Below are positions 32,228 to 42,529 of a stretch of DNA of 64,000 nucleotides, one piece after another. The translations under genes were made by a program, and so were the position numbers. This DNA comes from an uncultured cyanobacterium (lineage in GTDB: Bacteria > Cyanobacteriota > Cyanobacteriia > PCC-9006 > JAAUQQ01), in contig OY970368.1 of the NCBI GenBank assembly GCA_963718615.1, positions 3,936,001 to 4,000,000 of the forward strand, written 5' to 3'. How positions within the stretch are numbered: position 1 is the stretch's first letter; each line of letters opens with the position of its first letter. Under the pieces are notes generated by a model, which saw only the letters and a list, made by a program, of their open reading frames with translations, had not been told where the DNA came from and did no database searches.

Positions 32228-32947
32228 ATGACCCAGTCCGCCTCTATTTCTCCGAAGGATGACTTGTCCAAGCTGCGCGAGCAGCTCACGTCTCGCTTTG
32301 ACAAGACTCGTAAGTCTTCGCTGACCCAGTTATTAGCGCAGAGCAAAGCCGGTTGGGCGATTCTGCAAGAGATGTTGCAAGAAGAACAGCGAGGGAGCCT
32401 CACCTGGCTTTCCGGCAGCATTTATCGAGGGCTCTTGACCCAGGCTGATGAATCGGTTATCGCTTTTCTAGATGAATTTTTTCCAGACGGCGTGGTCACG
32501 CCTCTGTCTGAACGGGGCGTTGATTATGGCAAGCTGCAAGCCTTGCTGATTGCCGAGGACTTTGAAGAGGCCGATCGCCACACCAATCAAAAACTCTGCG
32601 AATTGGCGGGGCCTCTCGCCGAAAAACGCAAGTGGATTTATTTTTCCGATGTTGACCAGTTTCCGATCGCGGATTTAAAAACCATCGATTTGCTCTGGCA
32701 GGTTTATTCTGAGGGCAAGTTTGGGTTTGCGGTGCAGCGAGAGCTTTGGTTAGGGGCTGGCCAGGTGTGGGAGAACCTTTGGCCCAAAATTGGCTGGAAA
32801 ACAGGAACCACTTGGACCCGCTATCCGGGGGGCTTTGTCTGGGATCTCTCTGCCCCCCGAGGACATTTACCCCTTTCCAACCAGTTACGAGGGGTCAGGG
32901 TCATGGATGCATTAATGAATCACCCTGCTTTTCAAACCAAGTCTTGA
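32228..32947 (+). CDS. gun4: GUN4 (Ycf53) porphyrin-binding Mg-chelatase cofactor
   Basis: DF..AD..T, RKWIYF, DL.TID.LW..YS.GKFGF.VQ, APRGHLPLSNQLRG. Confidence 0.92.
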   Translation: MTQSASISPKDDLSKLREQLTSRFDKTRKSSLTQLLAQSKAGWAILQEMLQEEQRGSLTWLSGSIYRGLLTQADESVIAFLDEFFPDGVVTPLSERGVDYGKLQALLIAEDFEEADRHTNQKLCELAGPLAEKRKWIYFSDVDQFPIADLKTIDLLWQVYSEGKFGFAVQRELWLGAGQVWENLWPKIGWKTGTTWTRYPGGFVWDLSAPRGHLPLSNQLRGVRVMDALMNHPAFQTKS

Positions 32948-32958
32948 CGAGAACTGAC

Positions 32959-33396
32959 ATGCGAGTCTTTGTGCTTCTCTTTAATGCGGGAACTGACAAC
33001 GAGGGCATTCATACGTTGAATATTGGGGAGCAAAATATTGTTCTCATGTTTGAGGATGAGGACGATGCTACTCGTTATTCCTTACTCCTGGAAGCCCAGG
33101 ATTTTATGACTCCTATCGTTGAATCGATCGATCGAGCCGAGGTGGAGGAATTCTGTCAGAATGCCAATTATGAGTGCAGGCTGGTGCCGAAGGGGTTTGT
33201 GCCGGAAAGCGAGTTTGATCGGCTGTTGATTGCCCCACCCCAGCGCAATTTGGAGCAAACCAATTGGGAAGAGAATCCAGACCATCCTGGCGATCGCCCT
33301 CACCCAGAAGCTGCCGAGGTTGACGCAGAGACAGCAGCAGAGTTTTCACGCACTGAACTAGACGATATCCGCCGACGTCTGGAGGGCTTGCTGTGA
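32959..33396 (+). CDS. DUF3110 family protein
   Basis: MRVFVLLFNAGTDNEGIH, MFEDEDDATRY.LLLEAQDF, C-terminal RRRLEGLL. Confidence 0.85.
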   Translation: MRVFVLLFNAGTDNEGIHTLNIGEQNIVLMFEDEDDATRYSLLLEAQDFMTPIVESIDRAEVEEFCQNANYECRLVPKGFVPESEFDRLLIAPPQRNLEQTNWEENPDHPGDRPHPEAAEVDAETAAEFSRTELDDIRRRLEGLL

Positions 33397-34346
33397 GTTT
33401 AGTCAATCGCGGCCATTTACTCACAGAACAAAGCAACCCGGCTAGTCAGACTCTAGACCAATGCTCGGCGTTAGAAATTGTTGAGATTTTTAATCGGGAA
33501 GATGCACGAACGATTGAGGCGATCGCCCAGGCCAAGGTCGAACTCGCTGCGGCTATCGATTTGGCAGCCCAGGCCCTCCGTTCGGGGGGGCGATTGTTTT
33601 ATATTGGGGCCGGCACGAGCGGACGTCTTGGTGTTCTAGACGCAGCGGAATGCCCCCCAACTTTTTGTACACCGCCCGAACTCGTTCAGGGAATTTTGGC
33701 CGGGGGCGCAGCGGCTCTCCTCCGCAGTTCGGAGGGATTGGAGGACATCGCTGAGGACGGTGCCGCCGCCATGGCAGCCCATCAAGTCGGAGCTCAAGAT
33801 GTTGTGGTTGGGATTACGGCAGGGGGCACAACGCCCTATGTCCATGGTGCTCTGGCCGCTGCGCGGGAGCGGGGCGCAAAAACCGTTTTTATGGCCTGTG
33901 TCCCCTCAGAACAGGTGAATGCAGCGGTTGATGTAGATATTCGTCTGTTGGTGGGGCCGGAAGTTCTCGCGGGGTCAACGCGCCTTAAGGCAGGAACGGT
34001 GACGAAGCTTGCCTTAAACATTCTTTCAACTGGAGCCATGGTGCGTTTGGGTAAAGTCTATGGCAATCGCATGGTGGATGTGGCGGTCACCAACCAAAAG
34101 CTGGAAGACCGAGCCCTGAGAATTTTGGAGGATTTAGCAGGGTTAGACCGCGAAGCTTCTGCGCTGCTGCTGGAGAAGAGCGATCGCTCGGTCAAACTGG
34201 CTCTGATGATGCACTGGACGGGATGCGATCGCCCCCAAAGCCAAGCCCTTTTGGACCAGCACCAGGGGCAACTGCGCCCAGCCGTCGCCGCATCAGCCCA
34301 ATTCCAACCGGCCCAACTCTCATCGGACCAATCCCCATCGGTCTAG
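33393..34346 (+). CDS. murQ: N-acetylmuramic acid 6-phosphate etherase
   Basis: GAGTSGRLGVLDAAECPPTF, GPEVLAGSTRLKAGT, GKVYGNRMVD. Confidence 0.95.
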   Translation: MSLVNRGHLLTEQSNPASQTLDQCSALEIVEIFNREDARTIEAIAQAKVELAAAIDLAAQALRSGGRLFYIGAGTSGRLGVLDAAECPPTFCTPPELVQGILAGGAAALLRSSEGLEDIAEDGAAAMAAHQVGAQDVVVGITAGGTTPYVHGALAAARERGAKTVFMACVPSEQVNAAVDVDIRLLVGPEVLAGSTRLKAGTVTKLALNILSTGAMVRLGKVYGNRMVDVAVTNQKLEDRALRILEDLAGLDREASALLLEKSDRSVKLALMMHWTGCDRPQSQALLDQHQGQLRPAVAASAQFQPAQLSSDQSPSV

Positions 34347-34363
34347 GCGTAGTCAAGCTGCGC

Positions 34364-34927
34364 CTACAAGCCTTCCAGCGGGACACCCAAAAACCGAGCC
34401 AGCTCTGCCCCTTGATTCTCAAGCTCCGTTAAAGCAATGGGTTGACCCACACGGGTCAAGGGAATATCACCCCGCTGACGTACCTTCAAATACAGCGCTC
34501 GCTTCGGATTGAGACCCTCCCGAATTTCGACTTTCACCGATTGGGCCTCATCCAAGCCATAGGAAAGCTCAACCCGTCTATTTTTACCGGGGTAGCCATT
34601 GCGGAAAATGGTGATCTTTTGGGCCTCGCGGTCAAAGGCGTTGTAGCCGCCCCCAATATCCCACAGCATCAACAACCACAAATAGGTCGCCAATAGAATC
34701 GCCGCAACGCCATAAAACCCCATGACAATTCCCTGGGGAATAAAAACAAGCTGAGTCGCATCAGAAAACAGCAACAGATTGACATTCAAGTAGCTTGAAA
34801 TGCCAGCCAGCAAAAAGCCGACGCCCCCTAAGGTAATGACAACGGCCCAAAAGAGATTGCTGAGTCTGCGGGAGCCCAAAACGGGCTGGCGCAAGAGGCG
34901 ATCGGTCACGGTCACTTGGGCAGTCAT
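34364..34927 (-). CDS. ycf4: Photosystem I assembly protein Ycf4
   Basis: GSRRLSN, FIPQGIVMGFYG, GYPGKNR, ELARFLGVPLEGL. Confidence 0.96.
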   Translation of the reverse strand: MTAQVTVTDRLLRQPVLGSRRLSNLFWAVVITLGGVGFLLAGISSYLNVNLLLFSDATQLVFIPQGIVMGFYGVAAILLATYLWLLMLWDIGGGYNAFDREAQKITIFRNGYPGKNRRVELSYGLDEAQSVKVEIREGLNPKRALYLKVRQRGDIPLTRVGQPIALTELENQGAELARFLGVPLEGL

Positions 34928-35338
34928 GTCTGGTTTCCTAAATTGATTTTGCGTTTGTATGCGTTTGTTCTGAATCTATTCCTAGATTTTAATCAGCATA
35001 GAGTGCCTTCCGATGCGCAAACGCAAGATCACCCCTCGAAAATGTTAACGATTGTTTCAAGCATTCATTCAAGTTGCGATGGCCTTGGCCTCCAGTTTTA
35101 CGATCCCGACTGCCTCCGAGGACAAAGCATGAGTAATTTTGCTCATTTTTCACCCTTCAGGCCGGAGTCTTGAGGCGGTTTTGGGGGGAGCCCTTGGGCG
35201 ATCGCCCATTCCTTGCGAAAACTTGCAAATTCTAAGGCATTCCCCTTGCTTGCAACATTTTGTGAAGGCCGTATCATATTAAAAACGACAACCTGCTGCA
35301 ATGCTTGCAATTTCATTTAAGGCAAGAGGTTTTATTCA

Positions 35339-36397
35339 ATGACCATCGCATTAGGGCGCATGGGCGAGCAGCGGGGATGGTTCGACGTCCTCGACGACTG
35401 GCTCAAGCGCGATCGCTTTGTCTTCATCGGGTGGTCAGGTCTGCTGCTGTTCCCCTGTGCCTACATGGCACTGGGCGGCTGGCTCACCGGCACCACCTTC
35501 GCCACCTCCTGGTACACCCACGGCTTGGCGTCTTCCTATCTGGAAGGCTGTAACTTCCTCACCGTTGCGGTTTCCACCCCTGCCGATGCCCTGGGTCACT
35601 CCCTGCTGCTCCTCTGGGGTCCCGAAGCCCAAGGCGACTTCGTTCGCTGGGTTCAGCTCGGAGGACTCTGGCCCTTCGTCGCCCTCCACGGTGCCTTTGG
35701 TCTGATCGGCTTCATGCTGCGTCAGTTCGAAATCGCCCGTCTGGTGGGCGTCCGTCCCTACAACGCCCTCGCGTTCTCCGCACCGATTGCGGTGTTTGTC
35801 AGCGTTTTCTTCATGTATCCCCTGGGCCAGTCCTCCTGGTTCTTCGCACCGAGCTTCGGGGTGGCGGGTATTTTCCGCTTCATCCTGTTTGTGCAGGGCT
35901 TCCACAACTTCACCTTGAACCCGTTCCACATGATGGGCGTGGCCGGGGTGTTGGGGGGCGCGCTGCTCTGTGCGATTCACGGGGCGACGGTGGAAAACAC
36001 CCTCTTCGAAGATTCGGAGCAGGCGAACACCTTCCGGGCCTTCGAGCCGACCCAGGCAGAAGAGACCTACTCGATGGTGACGGCGAACCGCTTCTGGTCG
36101 CAGATTTTTGGAATCGCGTTCAGCAACAAGCGTTGGCTGCACTTTTTCATGCTGTTTGTGCCGGTGACAGGTCTTTGGATGGCCTCCATTGGCATTGTGG
36201 GTATTGCGCTGAACCTGCGGGCCTATGACTTTGTGTCCCAGGAGTTGCGTGCTGCTGAGGACCCTGAGTTTGAGACGTTCTACACCAAGAACATCTTGTT
36301 AAACGAGGGCATGCGCGCTTGGATGGCGTCCCAAGACCAGCCCCACGAAAAATTTGTCTTCCCTGAGGAGGTTCTGCCCCGTGGTAACGCTCTCTAA
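35339..36397 (+). CDS. psbD: Photosystem II D2 protein
   Basis: [15 protein letters not shown], Tyr160, His189, His197, C-terminal [10 protein letters not shown]. Confidence 0.99.
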   Translation: MTIALGRMGEQRGWFDVLDDWLKRDRFVFIGWSGLLLFPCAYMALGGWLTGTTFATSWYTHGLASSYLEGCNFLTVAVSTPADALGHSLLLLWGPEAQGDFVRWVQLGGLWPFVALHGAFGLIGFMLRQFEIARLVGVRPYNALAFSAPIAVFVSVFFMYPLGQSSWFFAPSFGVAGIFRFILFVQGFHNFTLNPFHMMGVAGVLGGALLCAIHGATVENTLFEDSEQANTFRAFEPTQAEETYSMVTANRFWSQIFGIAFSNKRWLHFFMLFVPVTGLWMASIGIVGIALNLRAYDFVSQELRAAEDPEFETFYTKNILLNEGMRAWMASQDQPHEKFVFPEEVLPRGNAL

Positions 36398-37763
36398 TAA
36401 TTTTGTTGGAGGCGGGCGCGATATTGAATCCACCGGCTATGCCTGGTGGGCCGGAAATGCCCGTCTGATCAACCTCTCTGGTAAGCTGCTGGGTGCCCAC
36501 GTTGCCCACGCTGGCTTGATTGTTTTCTGGGCCGGTGCGATGACCCTGTTTGAGGTCTCCCACTTCATCCCTGAAAGACCGCTTTACGAACAAGGTTTTA
36601 TTCTGCTTCCTCACTTGGCAACCCTTGGCTACGGCGTTGGCCCTGGTGGTGAAGTGGTTAGCACTTTTCCCTATTTTGTGGTGGGTGTTCTTCACCTGAT
36701 CTCTTCTGCGGTTCTCGGTTTAGGCGGCCTGTACCATGCGCTGCGCGGACCTGAAACCCTAGAAGAGTACTCCAACTTCTTTAGCCAAGACTGGAGCGAC
36801 AAGAATCAGATGACCAATATTATTGGTTATCACCTGATTCTGCTCGGTTGCGGTGCCTTCCTGTTGGTCTTTAAGGCCATGTTCTTTGGTGGAGTCTATG
36901 ACACCTGGGCACCGGGCGGCGGTGACGTTCGCGTCATTACCAACCCAACGCTCAATCCTGCCGTCATCTTTGGCTATCTGACCAAAGCGCCCTTTGGGGG
37001 TGAAGGCTGGATCATCAGCGTCAACAACATGGAAGACGTGATTGGCGGTCACATCTGGATCGGCCTGATCTGCATCGCCGGTGGCGTTTGGCACATTCTA
37101 ACCAGACCGTTTGGTTGGGCCCGTCGCGCGCTCATCTGGAATGGTGAAGCCTATCTCTCCTACAGTCTCGGTGCCCTCTCTCTGATGGGGTTCATCGCGT
37201 CTACGATGGTTTGGTATAACAACACGGTTTATCCTTCTGAGTTCTACGGTCCTACGGGTGCCGAAGCCTCTCAGTCCCAAGCCTTTGTATTCTTAGTTCG
37301 TGACCAACGCTTAGGTGCAACCATCGGCTCCGCTCAAGGCCCAACGGGTCTGGGTAAATATCTGATGCGTTCTCCCACGGGTGAGATCATCTTTGGGGGT
37401 GAGACCATGCGTTTTTGGGACTTCCGGGGTCCCTGGTTGGAGCCTCTACGGGGTCCCAATGGTCTAGACTTGGACAAACTACAAAACGATATTCAGCCTT
37501 GGCAGATTCGCCGCGCGTCTGAGTATATGACCCATGCGCCTCTGGCTTCGATTAACTCGGTGGGCGGCGTCATCACTGAGCCTAACTCGGTTAACTTCGT
37601 TAACTTGCGCCAGTGGCTTGCAGGATCTCACTTTATCCTGGGCTTCTTCTTCCTCGTCGGTCACCTCTGGCATGCAGGCCGCGCTCGTGCAGCGGCAGCA
37701 GGCTTTGAGAGAGGGATTGACCGGGAATCTGAGCCGGTGCTGACGATGCCTGACCTCGACTAA
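36381..37763 (+). CDS. psbC: Photosystem II CP43 protein
   Basis: GTG start overlapping psbD; [41 protein letters not shown]. Confidence 0.99.
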   Translation: MVTLSNNFVGGGRDIESTGYAWWAGNARLINLSGKLLGAHVAHAGLIVFWAGAMTLFEVSHFIPERPLYEQGFILLPHLATLGYGVGPGGEVVSTFPYFVVGVLHLISSAVLGLGGLYHALRGPETLEEYSNFFSQDWSDKNQMTNIIGYHLILLGCGAFLLVFKAMFFGGVYDTWAPGGGDVRVITNPTLNPAVIFGYLTKAPFGGEGWIISVNNMEDVIGGHIWIGLICIAGGVWHILTRPFGWARRALIWNGEAYLSYSLGALSLMGFIASTMVWYNNTVYPSEFYGPTGAEASQSQAFVFLVRDQRLGATIGSAQGPTGLGKYLMRSPTGEIIFGGETMRFWDFRGPWLEPLRGPNGLDLDKLQNDIQPWQIRRASEYMTHAPLASINSVGGVITEPNSVNFVNLRQWLAGSHFILGFFFLVGHLWHAGRARAAAAGFERGIDRESEPVLTMPDLD

Positions 37764-37792
37764 TCGAGTCATCTCATCTCATCATCCTAAGG

Positions 37793-37827
37793 GAAAGCGC
37801 CCTGGCTCCGGCTGGGGCGCTTTCTTT
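37793..37827 (+). terminator. Intrinsic terminator of psbDC
   Basis: GAAAGCGCCCTGGC-TCCG-GCTGGGGCGCTTTC followed by TTT. Confidence 0.75.
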
Positions 37828-37890
37828 GGGTGATTCGATTCCTGCATTCCATTTCCTGCATTCCAGTTCTAAATTGCTCTAAATTTCCGC

Positions 37891-38604
37891 ATGATGAGTT
37901 CTGATTTCTCGGACGAACGGCTCAAACAACTGGAAACGGATCTCCGCTCTGGTCCAGTCAATCTTTGTAAAGAGGCATTGGATGCACTGACTGCATGTTC
38001 TGCGGAGCAGGCTGTACCGTTGTTTCTTAGAATTGCGAAAGATGGAGAATTTTTACGCCGCCGCTTTGCGGTAATGGGCCTAGGGAGCCATCGGACAGTT
38101 GCTTCCTTTCAGGCGCTTGAGGCGCTCTCGACGGAGGAGAAAGATGCAAATGTTTTGGGTGAAATAGCCAATTCGCTGTTTGAAATTGGTGAATCTATCG
38201 CCAGTGGCTCCAACAATCCCGCGTTGCCGATTTTGGCGGACCTGTTTCAGCACCATCCTGATTGGTTGCTGCGTCAGAGCGTTATTGCGATTTTGATGGA
38301 AGGAGAAGCCTATGACGAGATGCTGCTGCCTCTGGTCCAGATGGCCCTTGAAGATTCGGAGCAGTCGGTGGTTGAGACGGGAATTTTGGCATTGGGGAAA
38401 TTGCTGGAGGGCGATCGCGCCCCTGAAGCCCTCATCCACCTCACCCGCCTCACCACAGATCCCAACTGGCGTAACCGCTGGCGTGCAGCTACGGCCTTAA
38501 GCCGTTCAACTGATCCACAGGCCAAGGCACTTTTAGCAAAACTGCGCCAAGATGATCATCATCAGGTCGTCGCAGCGGCCTTAGAAGGCAATCTGGAGAA
38601 TTAG
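37891..38604 (+). CDS. HEAT/PBS-lyase repeat protein (NblB-like)
   Basis: Repeated helical HEAT units (RRFAVMGLG, WLLRQSVIA, WRNRWRAATAL). Confidence 0.8.
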   Translation: MMSSDFSDERLKQLETDLRSGPVNLCKEALDALTACSAEQAVPLFLRIAKDGEFLRRRFAVMGLGSHRTVASFQALEALSTEEKDANVLGEIANSLFEIGESIASGSNNPALPILADLFQHHPDWLLRQSVIAILMEGEAYDEMLLPLVQMALEDSEQSVVETGILALGKLLEGDRAPEALIHLTRLTTDPNWRNRWRAATALSRSTDPQAKALLAKLRQDDHHQVVAAALEGNLEN

Positions 38605-38607
38605 GCC

Positions 38608-39294
38608 ATGGGCAACGCAGTGCATACTTCCCCGGTTCAAAGAACGGTCTATCGCGATAACTGGCTCGAGCGCCTGGTCATTCGGCTGTTCTCCCACAAA
38701 ATGGCCAAGGCCCTTGGAAGCGATACCCGTTATGAGGGCTACGATGGCTTTGTCGATCTGTCCCAACAGATTATGGAAGGACGCAATGCCCAAGAACAGC
38801 GGGCGATCGTGGCGGTGGTCCTCAAGTCGCTGATTCCGGCTCCGGCACTGTGGTTTGTGCGAACGCTATTTTCTCCGACTCGGTGGGTTTGTGAAGGAAA
38901 TGCTTGGTTTGCCTGTCAGTTGTTTGAATGGTTAGTGGGACCTTGTGATTGGGTCGAAGCGGAGGTGACACAGCCGGATGGGACGGGGCGATCGCACCGC
39001 AGCGGCGTCCATATTCAAAAATGCCGCTACCTAGAAGAAAGTGGCTGTGTAGGCACCTGTATCAATCTCTGCAAGGTCCCGACGCAAACTTTTTTTACTG
39101 AAAGCTTTGGCATTCCCTTGACGATGACGCCCAACTTTGAGGATTTGAGCTGTGAGATGGTCTTCGGCCAGCAACCACCCCGACTCGAAGATGAAGATTG
39201 TTATCATCAGCCTTGCTTGGCCAATCGGGATTTGGCGAATCCCTGTGCGATCGCCACTCCCAAAGCCCCAGCTTGCCCGAAGATTGCCCGCTAG
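38608..39294 (+). CDS. DUF4033 / beta-carotene isomerase D27-like protein
   Basis: WLVGPC, KCRYLEESGCVGTCINLCK.PTQ.FF...FG.PLTM.PNFED.SC.M.FG. Confidence 0.85.
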   Translation: MGNAVHTSPVQRTVYRDNWLERLVIRLFSHKMAKALGSDTRYEGYDGFVDLSQQIMEGRNAQEQRAIVAVVLKSLIPAPALWFVRTLFSPTRWVCEGNAWFACQLFEWLVGPCDWVEAEVTQPDGTGRSHRSGVHIQKCRYLEESGCVGTCINLCKVPTQTFFTESFGIPLTMTPNFEDLSCEMVFGQQPPRLEDEDCYHQPCLANRDLANPCAIATPKAPACPKIAR

Positions 39295-39352
39295 TTAGTT
39301 CTATTATCCCGATTCGATCACCCCCTTCCTACAGCATCCTTTCTACAGCACC

Positions 39353-39799
39353 ATGACAGATTGGAAAATCAAGTTGCTCTACGATGGCGAATGTCCCCTT
39401 TGTCTGCGGGAAGTCAATTTTTTGACCCGAAAAGATGCAGGCCGAGGACTCGTTCAGTTTGTCGATATTGCGGCGGATGATTATGATCCTGAGGCCAACG
39501 GCGGTGTTGACTATGCCACAGCGATGGGGCGAATTCACGCGGTTTTACCCGACGGTTCAACGGTCAAGAACGTTGAGGTGTTTCGACGGATTTACGAAAT
39601 TTTGGGGATGGGCTGGATTTATGCTGCAACCCAATGGCCACTGATCGGACCCTGGGTGGATTGGGTTTACGGGGTTTGGGCGGATTGGCGACTGAAACTA
39701 ACGGGGCGATCGGATTTGGTTACCCTGGTGGCACAACGGGAACAACGGTTAGCCAATTGCAATGATGCAGGGCGTTGCCAGGTTACGGAGAATGCCTAA
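39353..39799 (+). CDS. DUF393 (DCC family) thiol-disulfide oxidoreductase
   Basis: LLYDGECPLC (DxxCxxC) motif. Confidence 0.85.
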   Translation: MTDWKIKLLYDGECPLCLREVNFLTRKDAGRGLVQFVDIAADDYDPEANGGVDYATAMGRIHAVLPDGSTVKNVEVFRRIYEILGMGWIYAATQWPLIGPWVDWVYGVWADWRLKLTGRSDLVTLVAQREQRLANCNDAGRCQVTENA

Positions 39800-39842
39800 A
39801 GAACGATTCAAGGTCGGCAATTCTCAACAGTCAGTGGGGGAA

Positions 39843-40541
39843 TTAGAGGCCTGCCAATTGGGTGAGGCGATCGCGATCGCACAATTTCACCTTAGCCCCT
39901 TCTACCTGAATCAACCCCTCCCGACTCAGCTTAGCCAATACCCGCGATAGGGTTTCAGGAATCGTTCCTAAGCGGGCGGCTAGTTGGCCCTTGGGTAAAT
40001 CCAACTCTACGGTGTTGGCCTGGTTGGCCTGTTCACTCAAATCGAGCAAATAGGTTGCCAAGCGAGCTGGAATTTCACGCAACACTAAGCTATCGACCAA
40101 ATGAGAAAAGTGGCGTAGATGGCGAGCAAAACTTTTGAGCAAATTGATCGCTAAGGTAGGACGCTGCTCCAGCAAATTCAAGAACGCTTGACGGGGAAAG
40201 AACAGCACCGTTGTAGTTTCTAGGGCGGCAGCAGAGGCTGGAAAACAGTCTCCATCCAGCGCGGGAACCTCAGCAAAATGGTCTCCCTCTGCAAAAATAT
40301 GTAAAATTTGTTCTCGACCATCGGTGGATAGCTTGAAAACTTTGACTCGACCCGATTGAACCAGAAAAAATCCATTCCCATCATCGCCCTGATGGAAAAT
40401 CATTTCACCTTTGTGGTACGACTGAGCGATCGCCACCTGGGCTAACTCCTGCAACTGTTCAGCCGGTAATCCCTCAAACATCATCGTTTCACCCAAGAAC
40501 TGGGCCAGCGCAATTACGGTCGATGGGGAAGAAGCGGCCAT
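39843..40541 (-). CDS. Crp/Fnr-family transcriptional regulator (HcpR-like)
   Basis: cNMP-fold IFHQGD...GRVKVFK...GREQIL; HTH LAARLGTIPETLSRVL; divergent from hcp. Confidence 0.9.
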   Translation of the reverse strand: MAASSPSTVIALAQFLGETMMFEGLPAEQLQELAQVAIAQSYHKGEMIFHQGDDGNGFFLVQSGRVKVFKLSTDGREQILHIFAEGDHFAEVPALDGDCFPASAAALETTTVLFFPRQAFLNLLEQRPTLAINLLKSFARHLRHFSHLVDSLVLREIPARLATYLLDLSEQANQANTVELDLPKGQLAARLGTIPETLSRVLAKLSREGLIQVEGAKVKLCDRDRLTQLAGL

Positions 40542-40655
40542 GGGTCTACTCAAGCTCAATAGGGGCAATCGCGAAGACAATTCCTACGTCTAGCCTAGGG
40601 GGTTCTGTAGGGAAGAAGTGGAAGAAAAGCTTAAACTTACGGGGAAATCTCTGGG

Positions 40656-40700
40656 CCTTTGACTTAAGTCAAAGGTTACCATCCGGCTGTTGTCTACAGT
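40656..40700 (+). promoter_or_regulatory. FNR/HcpR-type operator plus -10 element (class II promoter) of hcp
   Basis: Perfect 20-bp palindrome CCTTTGACTTAAGTCAAAGG (TTGAC-N4-GTCAA) at 40656-40675; TACAGT at 40695-40700. Confidence 0.75.
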
Positions 40701-40731
40701 AGAGCCAACGACCGTTTGAGAGGATCGAGCT

Positions 40732-42381
40732 GTGTTTTGCGAACAATGTGAACAAACCGCCAGTGGCCAAGGCTGTCATCAGTGGGGAGCCTGCGGCAAA
40801 AGCCCGGAAGTCAATGCAATTCAGGATTTGTTGATTTATCTCCTGCGCGGTTTGGCCCCGGTGGCACTGCGGGCACGATCCCTAGGGCTTTCAACAGATG
40901 CAGCAGATCGCTTTACCTGCGAAGCCATCTTTGCCACGATGACCAATGTCAACTTTGATCAGAAGCGGTTTACGGATTATATTCAGCGGGCGATCGCCTA
41001 TCGCGAGCAGTTTAAAGCGCAAATTCAGGACAAGACGGGAGCGGCGGAAGACTGGGAGGCGATCGCCTGCTATGTACCCAATTTCGAAGAAAGTTTGCCA
41101 GCACAAGGGCAAGATTTAGCCTTGCAATTCCTTAGTAAAGCCGGCGGAAATCTTGACATTTTTTCACTCAAACTAACGGTTTTGTATGGCATGAAAGGGG
41201 TAGCATCCTATGCCTTCCATGCCCAAGAACTAGGCCAGACAGACAATCGGGTTTATCAATTTGTCTATGAATCCTTTGCCGCCTTAGATCGTCAAGATTT
41301 GACGTTAGAGGAGTGGGTCAATCTCGCCCTCAAAGTCGGTGAAATTAATCTGTTGACGATGGAACTCCTCGATGCAGGGCATACCAAAACCTATGACCAT
41401 CCAGTGCCGACGCCTGTCCCGTTAAATCCTCGCATGGGTAAAGCAATCCTCGTCTCAGGACATGATATTCCCCAGCTCGAAACGGTACTCAAACAAACTG
41501 CACATACCGGTATTACGGTCTATACCCACGGCGAATTGCTCCCAGCCCATGGCTATCCACGCCTCAAGCAAACCTATTCCCATTTGTATGGCCATTACGG
41601 TACCGCTTGGCAAAATCAAACCAAAGATTTCGCTAAGTTTCCAGGGGCGATTGTGATCACCACGAACTGTTTGATGCCACCCCATGAACATTACACTGAC
41701 AAACTCTTTAGCATTGGTCCTGTGGGCTATCCAGGATTGAACTATATTTCCACGGCAGATGATGGAACGCTCGATCTAGCACCCGTAATTCGCAAGGCCT
41801 TGGAATTGTCTGGATTTATCGCTGACGAATCCTCCCGTCAAGTAACAACTGGCTTTGCCCGCAATGCGGTTTTGGGGGTTGCAGATTCAATTATTGAGGC
41901 CGTGAAAGCTGGCAAAATTCGCCACTTCTTCCTCATTGGCGGTTGTGATGGAGCAAAACCCGATCGCAATTACTATACTGAACTCGTGGAAAAAGTACCG
42001 GAAGATTGCATCGTTCTAACCTTAGCCTGCGGCAAATTCCGCTTCTTTGACCAGGATTTGGGCCATATTGGAGGCATTCCTCGCCTGCTGGATTTAGGAC
42101 AATGCAACGATGCCTACTCTGCGATTCAGATTGCGATCGCCCTCGCCCATGCCTTTGAAGTGGATATCAATCAATTGCCGCTGTCGATGATTCTGTCTTG
42201 GTACGAACAGAAAGCCGTCGCCATTTTGCTAACGCTATTCCATCTGGGTATCCAAAATATTCGGCTAGGTCCAACCCTGCCTGCCTTTATTTCTCCCAAT
42301 GTTTTGAAATTGCTATCGGAGCAGTACAATCTCAAACCAATTACGACACCAGATGCTGATTTGGCGGCTTGTCTGGCTTGA
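40732..42381 (+). CDS. hcp: Hybrid cluster protein (hydroxylamine/NO reductase)
   Basis: MFCEQCEQT...GC...GACGK, SGHD, YTHGELLPAHGYP, TTNC, GGCDG, GQCNDAY, LSWYEQKA. Confidence 0.97.
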   Translation: MFCEQCEQTASGQGCHQWGACGKSPEVNAIQDLLIYLLRGLAPVALRARSLGLSTDAADRFTCEAIFATMTNVNFDQKRFTDYIQRAIAYREQFKAQIQDKTGAAEDWEAIACYVPNFEESLPAQGQDLALQFLSKAGGNLDIFSLKLTVLYGMKGVASYAFHAQELGQTDNRVYQFVYESFAALDRQDLTLEEWVNLALKVGEINLLTMELLDAGHTKTYDHPVPTPVPLNPRMGKAILVSGHDIPQLETVLKQTAHTGITVYTHGELLPAHGYPRLKQTYSHLYGHYGTAWQNQTKDFAKFPGAIVITTNCLMPPHEHYTDKLFSIGPVGYPGLNYISTADDGTLDLAPVIRKALELSGFIADESSRQVTTGFARNAVLGVADSIIEAVKAGKIRHFFLIGGCDGAKPDRNYYTELVEKVPEDCIVLTLACGKFRFFDQDLGHIGGIPRLLDLGQCNDAYSAIQIAIALAHAFEVDINQLPLSMILSWYEQKAVAILLTLFHLGIQNIRLGPTLPAFISPNVLKLLSEQYNLKPITTPDADLAACLA

Positions 42382-42529
42382 GCCGGGTAGGCATTGAAGA
42401 AGCGATTAAACGCGATAAACGTGATTAGCAATTCGATAGTGTTGTCTGAGTTGTGTAGGCGATCGCCCCAGGAGATAAAGTTTGGGAATTGTCCGGGCGA
42501 TCGCATTACTATCAACGCTCGAAAATCGC

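Noticed and set aside
35435-36695. Minus-strand ORFs of 235 and 182 aa
   Set aside because: Antisense shadows of psbD/psbC caused by codon bias
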